Shown here piece after piece: positions 1 through 14,240 of a stretch of 64,000 bases of DNA. A model generated the notes under the pieces. That model searched no databases, was not told the DNA's origin, and saw nothing but the letters and a program-made list of their open reading frames with translations. Both the position numbers and the translations under genes were made by a program. The DNA comes from Chiloscyllium plagiosum (taxonomy: Eukaryota). The stretch is from NCBI RefSeq assembly GCF_004010195.1, contig NC_057718.1, forward strand, positions 48,605,859 to 48,669,858, in the 5' to 3' direction. Position 1 is the first letter of the stretch. The number at the start of each line of letters is the position of its first letter.

Positions 1-14
1 CTGCAGCTTTCAGA

Positions 15-146
15 TTTGATGAAGAGTCACTGGACTCAAACATACACCCTGTCTTTCCCATTACAGATACTGCCAGTCCTCCTGAGTTTCTCCAGTGCTT
101 TCTGTTTTAGTTTGAGATCTCCAGCATCCGCAGTTCCTTATTTTAT
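15..146 (+). mobile_element. Penelope-derived short non-autonomous element (pLTR fragment)
   Basis: ttgatgaagagtcactggactcaaac...ctgagtttctccag...ccagcatccgcag; same motif set as copies at 15357, 20408, 59322 and 60305. Confidence 0.6.
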
Positions 147-2631
147 CTTAAAATATCTATCCAGATATCACACATATAATTACATGTCTAAAAGCATCAT
201 ATGAAATCTAATGGGAATGGAGCTACTGCTTTTAAAGAGTTCACACAGAGATGAATGACCTCCTTCTGTGTTGGATCAATCTATGAATTGTTTGGTCCAT
301 GCAACTTAATTCCCCTCTCACCCCAACATGTGTTACATGCTGCCAAAAACAGTTTTGCTGAATATCATACTAAATAAAAGTATTGGCACAGAATTAGTTT
401 GAGAGATAATACCGAGTCCACAGTGCCTGCCATTATTAGGACAAAAAAATCTCCAAAGGATTGTAGTGAAGGGATGACTTTGTGTTCTGCTTCTCAACAA
501 AAATACTGTTATGTACTGCATCACTTCATTGCTTGCCTCCTAAAATTGAAACAAATTGCCATCTCACTGTGACCCTCCCCATTGTGTGCCAACACATTGT
601 TGGATTTGCAGTATTAATATATAATAACCTTACCACAGTCATTTAGGGCTGTTAATTCATGACATGATTTATGGTTTGGATATTGCAATTAAATTTTGAG
701 ACTCAAAAAAGGAAAATGTAAACGACAGTGTTTCAGTCACACGGGTAGTAGTGATTCTAGAGATTTTTGGAATTTTAAAATTAAAGATTTAGAAAAAAAA
801 ATCCATTCTGTGTCATGTTTTCTTTCTGTTTTAAACATGGTTTCCTTTATTTTACTTTATGTACATGTTTTGACTGGTTTGACATGGGTATCAGATCTAC
901 TTAGTTCTGTCTTTAAAAGAGGGATTTAGAGTCCTTTGGGATTTATTGAAAGGTTTACTGCTGATGGTGGATTAGCTCCATGTGTGACGCCAATCTGACA
1001 CGATGGGCTGGAGGTTGTTGATAAAATAGCAGCACATGAATGACGCACTGTTAATTATGTATAAATCAACCAACAACTTCATGGGATCAAGAGACATAGA
1101 TATACCTGGAACTTCCTGGTTGATTTACATCACTCTCCACTTTGCTACTGCTATTTGCTTTGCACAAAGAACAACTCACTCTTGAATACTGGATTTTCAA
1201 GTTAGTTATTCATTAAACTCATCAGAATGTTAGTTTTGATAAATAATAATGTAGCTATGCTATCAATTGCATGATAATTTCAGACGATCAGCCTCTCTGT
1301 GAGAATGTACAATTTCAAACATAAGATCTCTTTTTTTCCTTTTATTCAAATGGGAACAATGATTTCTCTTATTAACAATCTAGTCTGTAGTTGCACTTCT
1401 GCTTCTCAATGGCCGACAAATGTCCTTGATCTAAATTTCAGGCTCCTTCCTTTAACAGCATAGTGGCTGGGAACCCAGTGATATGGTTCAAAACTTTAAA
1501 ATTCTCAAATCCATTTTTTTCTTTACTTGGCTTGCTTTTTTTCTTTGTCTCAATCTAATTTTATTCCTTCCTTTTATTTCTCTTCCTTTATCGGATATGA
1601 CATCACACCTAACAGTCCATCTTTAGTTCATTCTCAATCCTTCAATCTCATGAGGCTCCAGATGTTCCTAAGTGCTTTGAGATGAAGAATGTTAAAGAAA
1701 TCTAACAAATGGTGTGTACCATGAGAGACCTGTTCTTGCAAGCTCCAGCCCAATGTAACTGATTGAAATTGTTAAGCTCAACCAGAGATGGAAATACATG
1801 TTGCAATTACAATTTTAATGTGCAACTGGATGAAATATTCCCACTTGTATCACACAGTTATCTAATCAGATTTTTGGTAGGTTTCTCACTGGGAGCAATA
1901 AAATAAGGGTCTGAAATTAAGCTCAAAGACATTTGGTGGTTGGTGAGGAGCAAAAGTTCTAATTTACCTTTTACATCAAGGCATTGACTAAACTGCTATA
2001 TATTTTCAGCATTTTACGATCTCATTTAAGAAAATATACAGAATAGTTTGTCTATTTTACTTATAACTATTTCCATTTGAAGAAAAGGAAAAAATGCTAT
2101 TGCTGATCTGTACTGACTGTGGAAAGGTTTTTATACCCAATGGTAACACTGTACTTGGTTTCAATGAACACGTGCTATCCTGAACATGAATAGTTAAGGA
2201 GAAAATCTTCCTGTAGTTCAGGGTTGCTTCTGCTCATAAAGTTAACTACTGCTCTAGCAAACAAGTAGTGATTGAAGGCAATCTTTAATTCACCGAGCAC
2301 AGCTATAACTAAAATAAGTTTTAAAAAACCCCCAGCTATTCAACTGCACAAAGGCTCATCCATTGCCATGAGACAACTCTACTTATTCTGTAGCTGAGTT
2401 TTCACATCAAGTATATTCAGTCATTCTGCAAATGCAATTACCTGTCTCCAACAATGCTTATTTTGTTTCTTAATTATAATCTGCTTTGAAGAGCAATGAA
2501 TTGGAGTTGCTTGCAAGTTAAATCTTCTTGAGTTTAAGTACTGTTTTTATTTTCAATTTATTTCAGCAGTGTAGAATCTCTCCACCCCACTTAGAATTTC
2601 TTTTGACGTGTTAACTTGTATTGAAAATAAA

Positions 2632-2750
2632 TAACCAGAAAGACTTTCCATTTATATGACATCTTCTGCAAGCTCAACATTTCCCAAATTGCTTCTTAGA
2701 TAATGAATTTGTTTTAAAATGTAATCCACAGTTGCTATGTAGGAAGAATG
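2632..2750 (-). mobile_element. Degenerate DeuSINE/L2-type 3' tail
   Basis: agaaagactttccatttatatgacatc...ttgctatgtaggaa resembles the reverse complement of the L2/DeuSINE 3' end. Confidence 0.4.
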
Positions 2751-5700
2751 AAAAGAAAATCTGATATTCATTAATGCAACTGTGATCATACTTGAATGTT
2801 ACTTCTAGACACTGAATTTGTCTGTAAAGTGGCAATCTTAGTCTTTTTTTAAAAGAAAGTCATAAAAAGCCTATAATTTGTCCAGACTATCGTGTTAGAC
2901 CACCAACTAAACTCATCAGGGGAGAACAAATCACATCCATTTATTATTGTCACTTATCTGATGGGAGCTTCATTATCACTGCTTGTTTTACAGGGTTAAA
3001 ATCTGTCAGGCATCCCTGACAGTATATAAACATGCTAACTTGTGGAGGAGGGCCTGTAACTCAGTGTCACCACTGATTATCATGTGTTGGAACAACTGAC
3101 AAGAGGTTAGAACAATTTTTAAATACTTTGCAGTGAAAACTATAGCGTAAACAAAGTGTCATTCCTATTTGCCTTGTTGGTGCTCTAAGACAAATAAAAG
3201 TGATTGAAAAGTACAAACAATAGATGATGGGGCCAAACGACTAAGTTGACATCAGTGCAGACATGATAAAGTTCATGCATGGCTAGACAAGAAGATTCCT
3301 TGCAGAATTCCTACAAGTCCTGCTTGATCCTGTTGAAGATATACAGCTGGTTTCATCAGACATTTGTGTTTCCCCATTAAACTTTATGAGGGGTCGAGTC
3401 CTCAGCTGTTTTTATGCACTAGGACAGGCCATTTTCCTCTGCAAAATTCTGATATATTTCCGTTTTGATCTGCTCACTTCCTTCCTTATTTTGTAATAGC
3501 AAAGTTGCACAGATAACAGTTTAAATTTTGCATCTGTTATTGTTTGCTCTGACTACTATAATGTTTGAAGCTAAATACAGTACACATTTCAAGACAATTA
3601 GAAAGAAAACGAGTCAATGGATGCTTATTATTGACTGTTTGCATGAAGTCATTATTTGCAATAAAATAAAATTAACTGCATAATAACTGCATATTTTAAG
3701 ATATGTTCTTTAAAACTGTACAACAGTCTTGGTTACTTTCATGATACCAAATTGCGAACATAGCTGTTTTTACAAGCACGATTAATTGAACAGGAAATGG
3801 AGATTTTATAATTTGTACAATTTTATTATGTGAACATATTATTATTTGCATTGTTAAAAGAAGTTTTTCTTTCCAAATACACTGTTATTTTGAGCTCAGA
3901 GGCACGCAGGATAAGCCAACTGATTAATTTCATTGTACAACAAAATGATTGCCATGGAAAGTTTATTCTACAAAGCCTTTTAATATGCAATGTAATAATT
4001 AGGTGTGTTACATTTCATGGAGGAACAGGAGATTGGTTCCATGCTCCTGACAGTCCTCCAAGAATTAAACATCAAAGAACACAAAACACTTTAAAGCAAA
4101 AGAAATGGTCACTTTGAATGCAAGGTTACACAGTCACCAGTTTGCTAATATTAATGTTCCCCAAACAAGTATGACAATAATGAAGTAGAGTTACTAGAAT
4201 GGGCACAATTTGTAATCAAACTTGCACATTTTCTGAGATATATAATTCACAAATTTCCATTTAAATGTATTTGTGTATTGTGATAAATTCAAAAACTGGC
4301 ATGAATAACCACACTCAGGTAACATTTAGGAGACAATTTTTGAAAAGACAAAACAATTTTTTCAAAACTTTATTTGATATATTTATGAGGGATAACTGGG
4401 TGCAATTTGATTAATATTATTGAAATGGGAATAAATAATAAATATATAATAAATAGTTAATCAGTGTCAATTCTCCTCTAATGAATTATTCAATTTTACA
4501 TAATTGCAAGTTGCTTTAAAAAAGCAAATTTGATCAGTGGGAGGGCAGCTATCCAGGTTGGGGCACTTGGCACAAAAGCACATTTGCTAGTTACATTGTT
4601 TTACAGTTGTCAATTTTTTTGGCATATTAGAAGATATGTTCCAAAGCCTTCAAAACATTTGTAATAGTCTCCTTTTGCCAAAAAAAACCCTGAAAAGCCT
4701 TGCAGCCCTGTAAATGAGTGTAACTAATGGAAATTCCCAATGCTGAAGCTATCCCGGGGGCATCACTAGTTTTGTTAGTATGACTGGCTTCAAGCTCACT
4801 GTTTTTTAAAGTAGTGCAAAAGATCATGCAAGTTCGAGTTGTACTGGGCATAATTTATGCTTAGAGTTCTGCAATGTTTTGATTTGGTTTGTTCAATGTC
4901 ACACTACATGTACTGAGAAGACAAGCTCAACATAAAAGATACAGCTGTTCAAAGACTGCATCATCTTTTCAATGGCATTAGTTAGGATTAAATGTTGATC
5001 AGGGCACTGGGAAGAACACCTAAGCTCTTTAACATTGTGCAGATCTTTCCTGATCCTTTGGCCATCAGCAAGTGTATCTTGCATCCCTAATTCCTTCTGG
5101 CTGCCAATGTGCTCAACCAACCCCACAGGCATTATGAACATTCCTCCTCTCTGGTTGGCGTTTCTGGCCTGGTGTTTACGAAAACATGCATGGTCTCAGG
5201 TGTAAAGAAAAACAGGAGATCCCGTTTATTTACTTGTTTTTATTCTGCATTTTGCTGCAACCCATTTAGAAGGAAGATGAAAAAGTGTGGGTAGAGAAGC
5301 AACGCAATGGCAGCAACAATTCCAGGACAGATATTATTTCTTAAAGAAAATATTTATGAACATTCCTGAGTGCAAGACCTGAAGCACACTGAGGAAATAG
5401 ATTGTAAAATTCACCAGGGGGATTGAGGCCTAGCATTCTCATGGGCCAGTCTGTCTCATTGCTGACCCTGGCATTGTTTCTATGGTCAGTGGGAGGGCAC
5501 CTATCCAGGTTGGGGCACAAATGTTTTACAGTTGTCAATTTTTTGGCATATTGGAAGATATGTGGGTATTTCTTGCCCCCACCTGCCCTATGGCAAAACG
5601 TATTTGCTTTTTGTAGATGGTCACCCAGATTCCTCCATCCTCATCCAAGATGCCTTTTGTCGCTTGTACAATGGGATGATCTGGTAAAATGTAAAAACAT

Positions 5701-5849
5701 TTCCTCTCTCCTGTGGTCCAAGCTCGGATCATGCAAGAGCCTGATAAATGAGAACCATACCTGATGTGGTAGAACATATCACAGGTGATATAATTGAATG
5801 AATCCAGTGATATTTAAGGATGTGAGTTTGAAATGGGACATAAGCTAGG

Positions 5850-7390
5850 TATCAGGATGATTACACCTGAAAAGCTGAGCGGATTATCCAAGCTGCTCAA
5901 AGATCAAGATACTCTTATTGATTTACATTTGGCACTCTAGACTATGAGGTTGAAGTTCTCACGGTTGATCTCTTAGAACTTTTGCCAGAATCAGTATGAA
6001 CAGTTGTCATTGGCAAATGCCAAATATGAGCAATTACAAGAGTTGAAAATAACCATTATCCAGAGATGGCATGACTGTGTATAAAAAAAACCTGAGAAAG
6101 TTTGCTTATTTTGACCATCAAGAGATGAATTGGTATATCAGGACATGTCATTTTCAAGGGTGAACAAGTTCTAACATCAAAGGTATTATGCCAGGATATC
6201 TTGTCCAAATCACACTGGGGTGGGGGTGGTGGGCAAATGGGTATGAAACACAAAAGATGGCTGGCATGTGAATCTGTATTCTGGCCATGGAATAATCAGG
6301 ATATCAATGACTCATGAGTGCATGTGATGCATGCCAAACACACCAACCCGGAAGTGGATGAAGCCTCTGCATCTGCATAACGTTCAATCCACTCCTCGGA
6401 TGAAAGTGGCAACAGAGCTATTGGCAATGCACAGAGAAGTTCACAGTCTGTGATCAGTTACTTTTCTAAATTTCCCTTTGTTTGATGATTAAGCAACACA
6501 ATAAGCGCACCATTATTGACATGATGAATGCTATATTTAGCTTATTTGATGCCTTGAATCTGACAAAAAAGACTACAGTGCACTGGTAAAACATTTAAAC
6601 TCATGTGAATTAAGTGGCAAATGATCCATTTCAAGTCATCACCCTCTATCCATATTCAAAACGCCTGGCATATCATGCGGTACATTCTATCAAGTGAATG
6701 CTCATTAAATGTTGTACAACACAAAACTTTCATGTTGTATTTGCTGCATTTTTGTGCAACACCAATGGAGAAGGGAATATCATCCTCAGCACAATTTATG
6801 TTCAGAAGACAAGTATGATTGGCCTTGCCTAGCACCCAATTATCCAATCATTCCAAAAAGTAGGACCTTCTTCTTTAAAGACAGAGAGGAAAGTGCTTTA
6901 TCACCAGCAAATAGTCAGAGAACTATGACAATGGTGTGCTGGGCAGAGAGTGAAAGTTAGAAATCCAAATATAAAAATCTGGATATGAGAAAAGGTTTCT
7001 AAAAAGTGCAAACAGTGCCAATCATATAAAGATATCACTGATTATGGTGCTGTATTGCAATAGAATAGAAGTCACTTCCGAACAAGTTATATCACACAAA
7101 TCAAGCACTGAATGAGGAAAAACACTCTGGTGATGATGATTGTGCAATGATGTTAAGTGACAGCAACCAGCGACAACCAAGTTGTCAAACAAGTGGAACA
7201 GAGAGAAATGCATACCTCTTCAGCTAGGTACATGATCATTAATTCAAAATGAGTTGACAATCCTCCAAAGCATTGTTAGTCATGTAAACTCAGTTTTACC
7301 TTTTTGTATAATTATTGAATTGACAATGTATGCCTACGTACAATGATGTACATCTGTTTACAATTTTTTTTTACCTTTAGAAAAAGAGGA
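5850..7390 (+). mobile_element. Decayed Ty3/Gypsy LTR retrotransposon internal region (integrase)
   Basis: Frameshifted translation of ~6140-6700 gives GHVIFKGEQVL..QDILSKSH..GQMG..ACESVFWP..CDACQTHQP (HHCC zinc-binding region), P.MKVATELL, YFSKFP and an SSP motif; purine tract agaaaaagagga at 7379-7390 (PPT). Confidence 0.8.
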
Positions 7391-7393
7391 CAT

Positions 7394-7677
7394 TGTGTTA
7401 TGTTATGTTATTTGTATGTCAGTATACCTTTAGTAATCACAGTATGCCAGTATACCTTGATATGCTTTTGAATCACTCAATCGTCGTATGTGACCTGAGA
7501 CCATAACAATCTCATACTCCACCTTATCTCTAATCAATTAAATGATAATACTTTACTGAAAGTGTTTTCCTCTGTTGTAACCTATTAGCTTAATATTCGT
7601 CCAGATACTTAAATGTCTGAGGAACGTAATGTTTGTACATAATAGTTCATTGTATTAAACATCAATTGGCATCTTCA
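7394..7677 (+). mobile_element. 3' LTR of the Gypsy element
   Basis: Starts TG 3 nt after the PPT, has ATTAAA at 7654 and ends ttCA at 7677; no 5' partner seen. Confidence 0.5.
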
Positions 7678-7699
7678 CTGCCACAATAAATACACCTGG

Positions 7700-8259
7700 T
7701 TTCTTATACAAAACATATTATTTAATGGAAACAAAATCACACCATATATTGTGACAATATGCCACTGTTTTTTCTTATTTTGGCTACTTTGCGAGAGCCA
7801 TTCTGTACTAAAACCTGTGTGGGAACTTTTTGAGGTAGAACTGCCTGTCATGACCAACTTCTTTCAGTTTGTCGAAAATTTGTCCCTTGTTCTCAGTGAT
7901 CCCAATTTTGTCTTATTTTTGCTGATGCAGGTGATTACACCCTTGCGCTTTATATTCTGCTGTTAGACCCTGATGTACACCTTCGTGCACCCTTTGAAGT
8001 CCTTGCTGCTTGATGCGACAACAGTAGACTGTCCACTTCACGTTGCTGAATCTGGGTAAACAGTGTAACAGCACCGGTTCCTCCCTGTCCTAAAATCAGC
8101 ATTGAGCACTTTGAGAGCTTCTTTGATCTGTAAGTTAAATCACAGAGGGTGACAGTCCCCTCTTTGACATGCTTCTAGTGAGAAAAGAACTACAGAGGTA
8201 AATCTAAATGGTGGATTTCCTGTCTTGACCGAGCTTTTAAAAATATGGATATTCCTCAC
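7700..8259 (-). other. Candidate terminal exon of a minus-strand, probably non-coding transcript
   Basis: Minus-strand acceptor ttatctctcttcagttttacctcctttgtag|GTGAGG at 8259; non-repetitive sequence; ATTAAA on the minus strand near 7721; no long ORF. Confidence 0.25.
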
Positions 8260-11200
8260 CTACAAAGGAGGTAAAACTGAAGAGAGATAATATTTTAATA
8301 GTTTTGTCTTGTGTTTTAGATTCAGATGTTGAAAAAACATTTGTTCAGTTAGTACAATGGATGAAATATTTTTCTATTGTCTTTGAGCACTCATTCTAAG
8401 TATTCTGTCTCTTTCCTGTGTCCTTTAGTATAGTTCAATCTGATAAAGGTACAATTGTATACCAAGAAATGTTACTTTTGGACTGTAATTGTGACAATGG
8501 GAGAGATGGTAATCAGACAATACAGTCCCTTGCCTGTACACCATGTGTTTAGCCAGACTCTTTCAATCATTCCCAAAATCATTTTTATTTGAAGTAAAAC
8601 AGCATAGATGATGCATCTGTCCAAATGTTTGATGTTTAATATTTCAAACATTTTAGGCAATTCAGTTTTTCTTTTAAAACTTCAGCATGAGATATGCAAT
8701 TTGAGAAACTATTTGAAAACCAGAGTTGAAAGTTCAAGAAATTATTTTTACAACATTTGCTTGCAGTTTGGAAACCTTCCCTCAACTTTGAATTCACATT
8801 CTATCTTATGATTGACTGCATATATTTCTTGCTGTGTATTTCTTTCATAATTGGAATTATATTTACAATCTCTTTGTCAAGAGAATACTTAAGGACTTTG
8901 GCAAAGGATTAACAAAAATTTTAAAATTTGAGCAAAATATTTTGCACATGCTGTTAAAACATCTCTTCAGCTCTAAAACATTTGGCTATGCCTTCAACCT
9001 CAATTAGTACATTGGAGACAAGACTAAGAAGAAGCACTTTCTGTATTGCATTACAAATTGTCTGACTGCTTTGCTTTTCCACTTCTTCCTTTTTGGTTTA
9101 AGGAATATAAGTCATTTATCTCATACTCAGGAACATCTGAGCACAGCCCAACAAACTTATCACTTGTTTTACATGTCTTCTCAAAGCAAACAGTTTGTTC
9201 TGCCAGAGGCCAGATGAGTATTCAATTGATCCTTATTAGCTCAAACAACATCTGGTTTTCATTAGACTGGTGGCAGAGCAGAGCGAGGTGCTGCTCTGAG
9301 CATTAAGCCACATAACAGCCATTAGCAGAGACTGAAGAAAATTTAACATATCCTGTAATTATAGTGAACTTTACACAAAGGGGCAAGAACACTCTTGTGA
9401 CTATCTACAGACATGATTAAAGAAGAAAAGAAAACAGTTTTGTCTGTTTGTGCTATGTCAGCTAACATTTGGTTTGTTAGTAGTTATTCTTTTTCTCTAT
9501 TTTCATAGCTGATTGCATTCAGAGCATGTTCTAGCTGTAAGCACAGGAAACAGACAGTGCATGGCTTTTGCCTTTTACTTTATTTTCTGGCCAGCAGGAG
9601 GCACAAATCCACAGGACATGATGGAGACATGATTCCATATTTCTCAGCTCCTTGCCCCACTTTCTCCAGTAACATTACATCATCCAGGGTCAATGAATGT
9701 GGGTTGAACAATAGCTAAATTTCTTGGCAATTGTTGAAACTATTGGCAAAATTTACTGTGTTTATTAATACTCTGTTAGAATGTTGCAGTATTTGCCTTT
9801 CAGAATTCTAGAAAGGAAATCACACACTTGTTCTTTGCTGCATGAAGGTCCCCCTGAAGACTGATTGTGTGTAATAATGGAGAGTCTGCTAATAATGGTG
9901 TAAGTAACAGCATTATTTTATCTGAATGTCAGTGAGCTGAGTGGTTGGCCATGCTTACAAATCTACAGTAATGTTGCTCTACAGGTCCAAATGAACCCTC
10001 CTCAGCCTTGAAGAGACATCGTATGGCTATGACAGTAAAAATTGTGATTTCCAAATTAATGCACTGACTAACTGGGGGCAATTTTAACCTAGTCTGCTGG
10101 TCAAGAAGCTGACAGGAATGGGTGCATTGTAGATTTAGCACCTGGCCCAATTTTACTCTCTATTAAAGACACCCAATCCTACGTCTTTTCTGCTGACAAG
10201 TTAGGTTAAGCTTGCCTTCATTGTTTCTGTTGTATTATGCCTAAAACTTAAATTTGACAAGAGTGCACAACATAACACCAGAAACACAAGTCAAAGGGAG
10301 AAACCTATATTGCAAAGGTTGGTATAAAACAAAGTTATATAAAATAAATGTTTATAAGAAAGAAGTTGAATAGGAGTTACATTAACAGACCAATTATTAA
10401 CAGTCCCAATATCAAGGAAAAATGCAATAGACCAGTCTTTATATAAATTTATAAAATCTATTAGGAACATTAGTTCAAAACAATTATAACATTCAAAAGA
10501 TTAAATGTATTGGATAAAATCATTTATACGATGGCAAATTTATGCTGCTTGATTTTACAGTTCCCTGATATTATCACTGATTAAATCTCAAGCATGTGTT
10601 TATACAAGTTGTTGACTTCATTCTGCTGTCATCTAGATAAGGTCATTTAAAACTATGGCAATGCCACTCTTTACTTCGCGCTGTGAAATGTGATTGTAAA
10701 ATAAATTGAACCATAGAAATATGTAAGATCTACTTGTGTTTGTCAGTGACAAGTAACTTTTAGACAAGATTTCATTGCAACAATTTTTTTATTATTCTCC
10801 TTGCTTTTCATAAACAAATTCAGAAACTAGTGCAGGCCATACTTCCATCATTTGTTATTCTGATTTTCCTACTCATTATGCCAGATGAATGTACTAGTAG
10901 AGGAATAGGAAGAAAAAAAGAGAATAGCACAATGCATTGTAGTAAGCAGGTTGTAATTAAACTCGTGCTGATGTAACACAACCATAGTGACAGGCTTGCT
11001 CTTGGTTTGTCCTGAGTTAGTTGATTTTAACTGGAATGGGTATAGTTGGCCACAAATAGCACAGTGTGCCTTGATGAAGGAGGAACAATTGCTATCCAGT
11101 GGTGAGTACTGGAAAAGTGTGCACATTATACATTAAAGGGGGTCAATTGTGTCCAACTAAGAACTCCCTAAGATTGAATACTCAATATTCACTGGGAGAG

Positions 11201-11509
11201 AAATTATATCTTATAGTAGCATAACCTAGATAGTATTGCACTAACTGTCTGTTACATCAAATATTCAGCTCCAGTGGAGTCAATATGCAAGACAAATTTC
11301 TATCATACTATCTTAACAGTATTCTCTAATGTAAGGCAAGAATGTAGTTGATTCTTGTGGAATCACGTATGAGTATAAGTCCTGCCTTCTCAATCAGAGG
11401 GAAAGAAAATTAATGGGATAGATCTTCTGATCAATTGCAAGGAATGCATTGCTGCTGTCAATGGAACTAGTGCGTACTTACCTTTCAGAGCACTTTTAGG
11501 CTGAATGAA

Positions 11510-11700
11510 TGGGTTTGTAAGTGGGCAGAACAGTGGAGAGTGGGGGAGAGCGTGTGAGTGGGTGAGTATGAATGTGTGAGTAAGTGTGGAGGGAAGAGAG
11601 TGTGGAATGTGTGAATGAGTGGTAGATGAGTAAATGGGTGAGTGGGTGAGTGAGTGTGTAGTGAGTGAGTGAGTGGACCGGTGAGTGAGTGAGCAGTTTG
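11510..11700. repeat. (GTGA/GAGT)n low-complexity tract
   Basis: gtgagtgggtgagtgagtgtgtagtgagtgagtgagtg. Confidence 0.85.
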
Positions 11701-12329
11701 ATCAGATTTTGGGTAATTTGGTAAGGGGGAGGATAGTCGGGTCAATAGTTGCTTGTTGGTTGGATGAGGTGGTTGTGTATATTGGGCAGGTGGGCTACGT
11801 TGAGCTATTAATCATTGAATTACACGAGAGATTGAACAGAGTAGCATTATTGGAGTAAACACCCAGATAAATGGTATGTTTTTAGCCCAAGTTTCTGACT
11901 CTGTGATCAGTAGAAGATATTTGTGGAGAATCGCTGGCAGCACAAATTAACCAGTTAGAAGGTTAAACATTCCAGACAATTATAATGCAGCTGTATGTAG
12001 TGGAATTTCTAATGGATCCCAATGCCTACCAGCAACTTTGTGTATCTCCACTCCCAATACAACATCTGGCCTTTTAAAATTATTTTGTATTGTAATGAAA
12101 GCGATTTGTGTAAACCCGCACTTCCCACACCAGCACTTACAATATCTTGTAATGGTGTTTATCTAATGTTTTCTTGGAGTTCTGACAGGATCATTTGGGC
12201 CCAGATTTCATTACAGGGTTGGTCCAATTATTGACACAAGTGCTGGAGATGAGGTGAATGTGACTACCCTTGAGATCAAAGCATGATTTGACCAGGTCTG
12301 GTATCAAAACCTCTTTGTAAAACTGAACT

Positions 12330-13305
12330 CAATAAGAATCAGGGCAAAAAGTCTCCCTGGCTAATGTCACATCTAGCACATTGGAAGGTATTTGTTTTCT
12401 GTTGGAGGCCACCTGTCTTAACATAAGGATATAATTGCAGGATTTCCTCAGAGTGTCTTTGGCTCCAATATCAACAACATTTTCTCTATCACAAAGTCAG
12501 AAGTGGTGATGTTTCTGATGATTGAACAGTATTCACTTCTAGTCATAGCTCCTCAGATGATTAAACAATCTGTTGCCGCAAGAAACATTCTTCTCACATT
12601 GATGCCAGACCACTAACATTTGCAGCAAGAGAACGTCTATCATTCTCGGCTTTACACTCACTGATATTACAATTGTGGAACCCCCAGTACTAGCATCTTA
12701 GGGACACCACTGACAAGAAACCTAATCAGACCAGTCATGTAAGTGCTGTGATTACAGGAGTGGATCAGAGACTGGGTATTTTGTGGTGAGTGACTTACTT
12801 TCTGACTTCCTACCTTAAACAAATTGTACAGAATCTATTTGCCTGAATGAATGTGCGTCCAACAACACTCAAGCAACACACCAGCTCAGCTAATCAGTCT
12901 GCTTGATTTGTGTCCCATCCATCTCCTTATCATTCACTCCCTTCACTCTTACTGCACACAGTGGCTGAAATACAGACCATCTACAAGAAGCATTGTAACA
13001 AGTCACCAAATTTGTCACCTCCCAAACCCACTACCTCTACAATGTAGAAAGAAGGAGTAGCTGAGACATGGGAACACCATCACCTACAGGTTCCCCTCCA
13101 AATCAAATGTCATACTAATTTAGAAATATATCTTCATTCCTTCATTGTCATCTATTAAAAATTGTGGAACTTTGTGCCAATCAGTACATGGACTGTAGCA
13201 GTTCAAGCATGTAGCTCACCACCACTTTCATTAGGCTATTATAAGGATAGATATTAAATGCTGGACTTCCCAGTAGCATTCAAATCACATAAATGATTTA
13301 AAAAA
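12330..13305 (+). mobile_element. Old CR1/L2-group LINE 3' part (family B)
   Basis: Decayed RT (gttggaggcc...cctcagagtgtc...gaagtggtgatgtttctgatgat) through the 3' tail taaatgctggac...cacataaatgatttaaaaaa. Confidence 0.7.
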
Positions 13306-14019
13306 TGTTACGTCTTGTCTTGAGAGTTATGAATTATGTAAATGTGTTTGTTAAACTCTGTTGATTGAAAGTAATCAATTGGCAGGATTTTTCATAAAAT
13401 GTTGTTCCAAAATTTGAACTTCACCTGGTTGGCCCTGATCAGCTCAGGGAAATTGAAATCAAATCTCTGATTCATTTCAGTGACTGCTGGTGCTACTTCC
13501 TGTCTATCTATGCTGAGGGATAAATTTCATGGCTAAGTATGGCTGATGCCAGGCTTAAAGTAAAAGGAATGCAAAAGGAGTCTCAAATCGTAAAATTAAT
13601 ACCTAAATATCTTGTTCATTTTAACACCATTACATATATCCTGTAACATTGCTGCACAGTATTTTCTGTGTCCTACTTAATCATCAGTATATTTATTGAT
13701 TTAAAGGTCTCATTGCGCTGAATCTCAGGTGTTTTGGGCTCAAGCACCATTTGTGTTGGGCATTGTGAGAGTTCTTGCTGTATCTTACAAAATTTGCTTA
13801 ATTAACTGTTTACCTATCCCTATGGTGATACCCTCACCTGGTTCTAGCTCCATCCGACCAAATGGTATTCCCAGAACAACTTGCTACTGCCAGAATGCCC
13901 CAGAATTCACTAGCATTCGCTTGGCATGGTGCCATCCTTAAAAGCACATTTGCATCCAGAGAAACACTGTCAGTCTGGAGCTGCCCTGCACGGTTCCTGA
14001 CATTTGGCCAAGGCATACG

Positions 14020-14240
14020 GAAATTTGACACTTGCCATGCATGGAGGGACATGAAAATCCATCTGGATGAGATGGTGCTGTGGTAGGATGTCCTCTTCCC
14101 CCAGCACTGAAAGAGGAGGCCAAGATACCAGTCTATGTCAGCCTGGTCCAAGGTTGCCACTTGAGTCAGTGCAATCCCATCTGTCTGGAGGAACGCACAG
14201 CAGTGTGAGAAGAAAGTTGTTGTCACATTCTACTCATTGC
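14020..14240 (+). pseudogene. Myb/SANT-like (trihelix) domain remnant, PIF/Harbinger accessory gene
   Basis: One frame reads DMKIHLDEMVLW*DVLFPQH*KRRPRYQSMSAWSKVAT*VSAIPSVWRNAQQCEKKV, matching the W..VA..VS....R...QC.KK pattern; three stops. Confidence 0.65.

Noticed and set aside
1057..1130. Imperfect hairpin (taaatcaacca...tggttgattta) as a miRNA; similar hairpins at ~22380-22445 and ~60011-60035
   Set aside because: Short stems with large or irregular loops; better explained as MITE remnants.
11482..11500. 19-nt minus-strand micro-exon with AAG|gtaagt
   Set aside because: The acceptor lies in a low-complexity repeat tract; likely repeat-borne.
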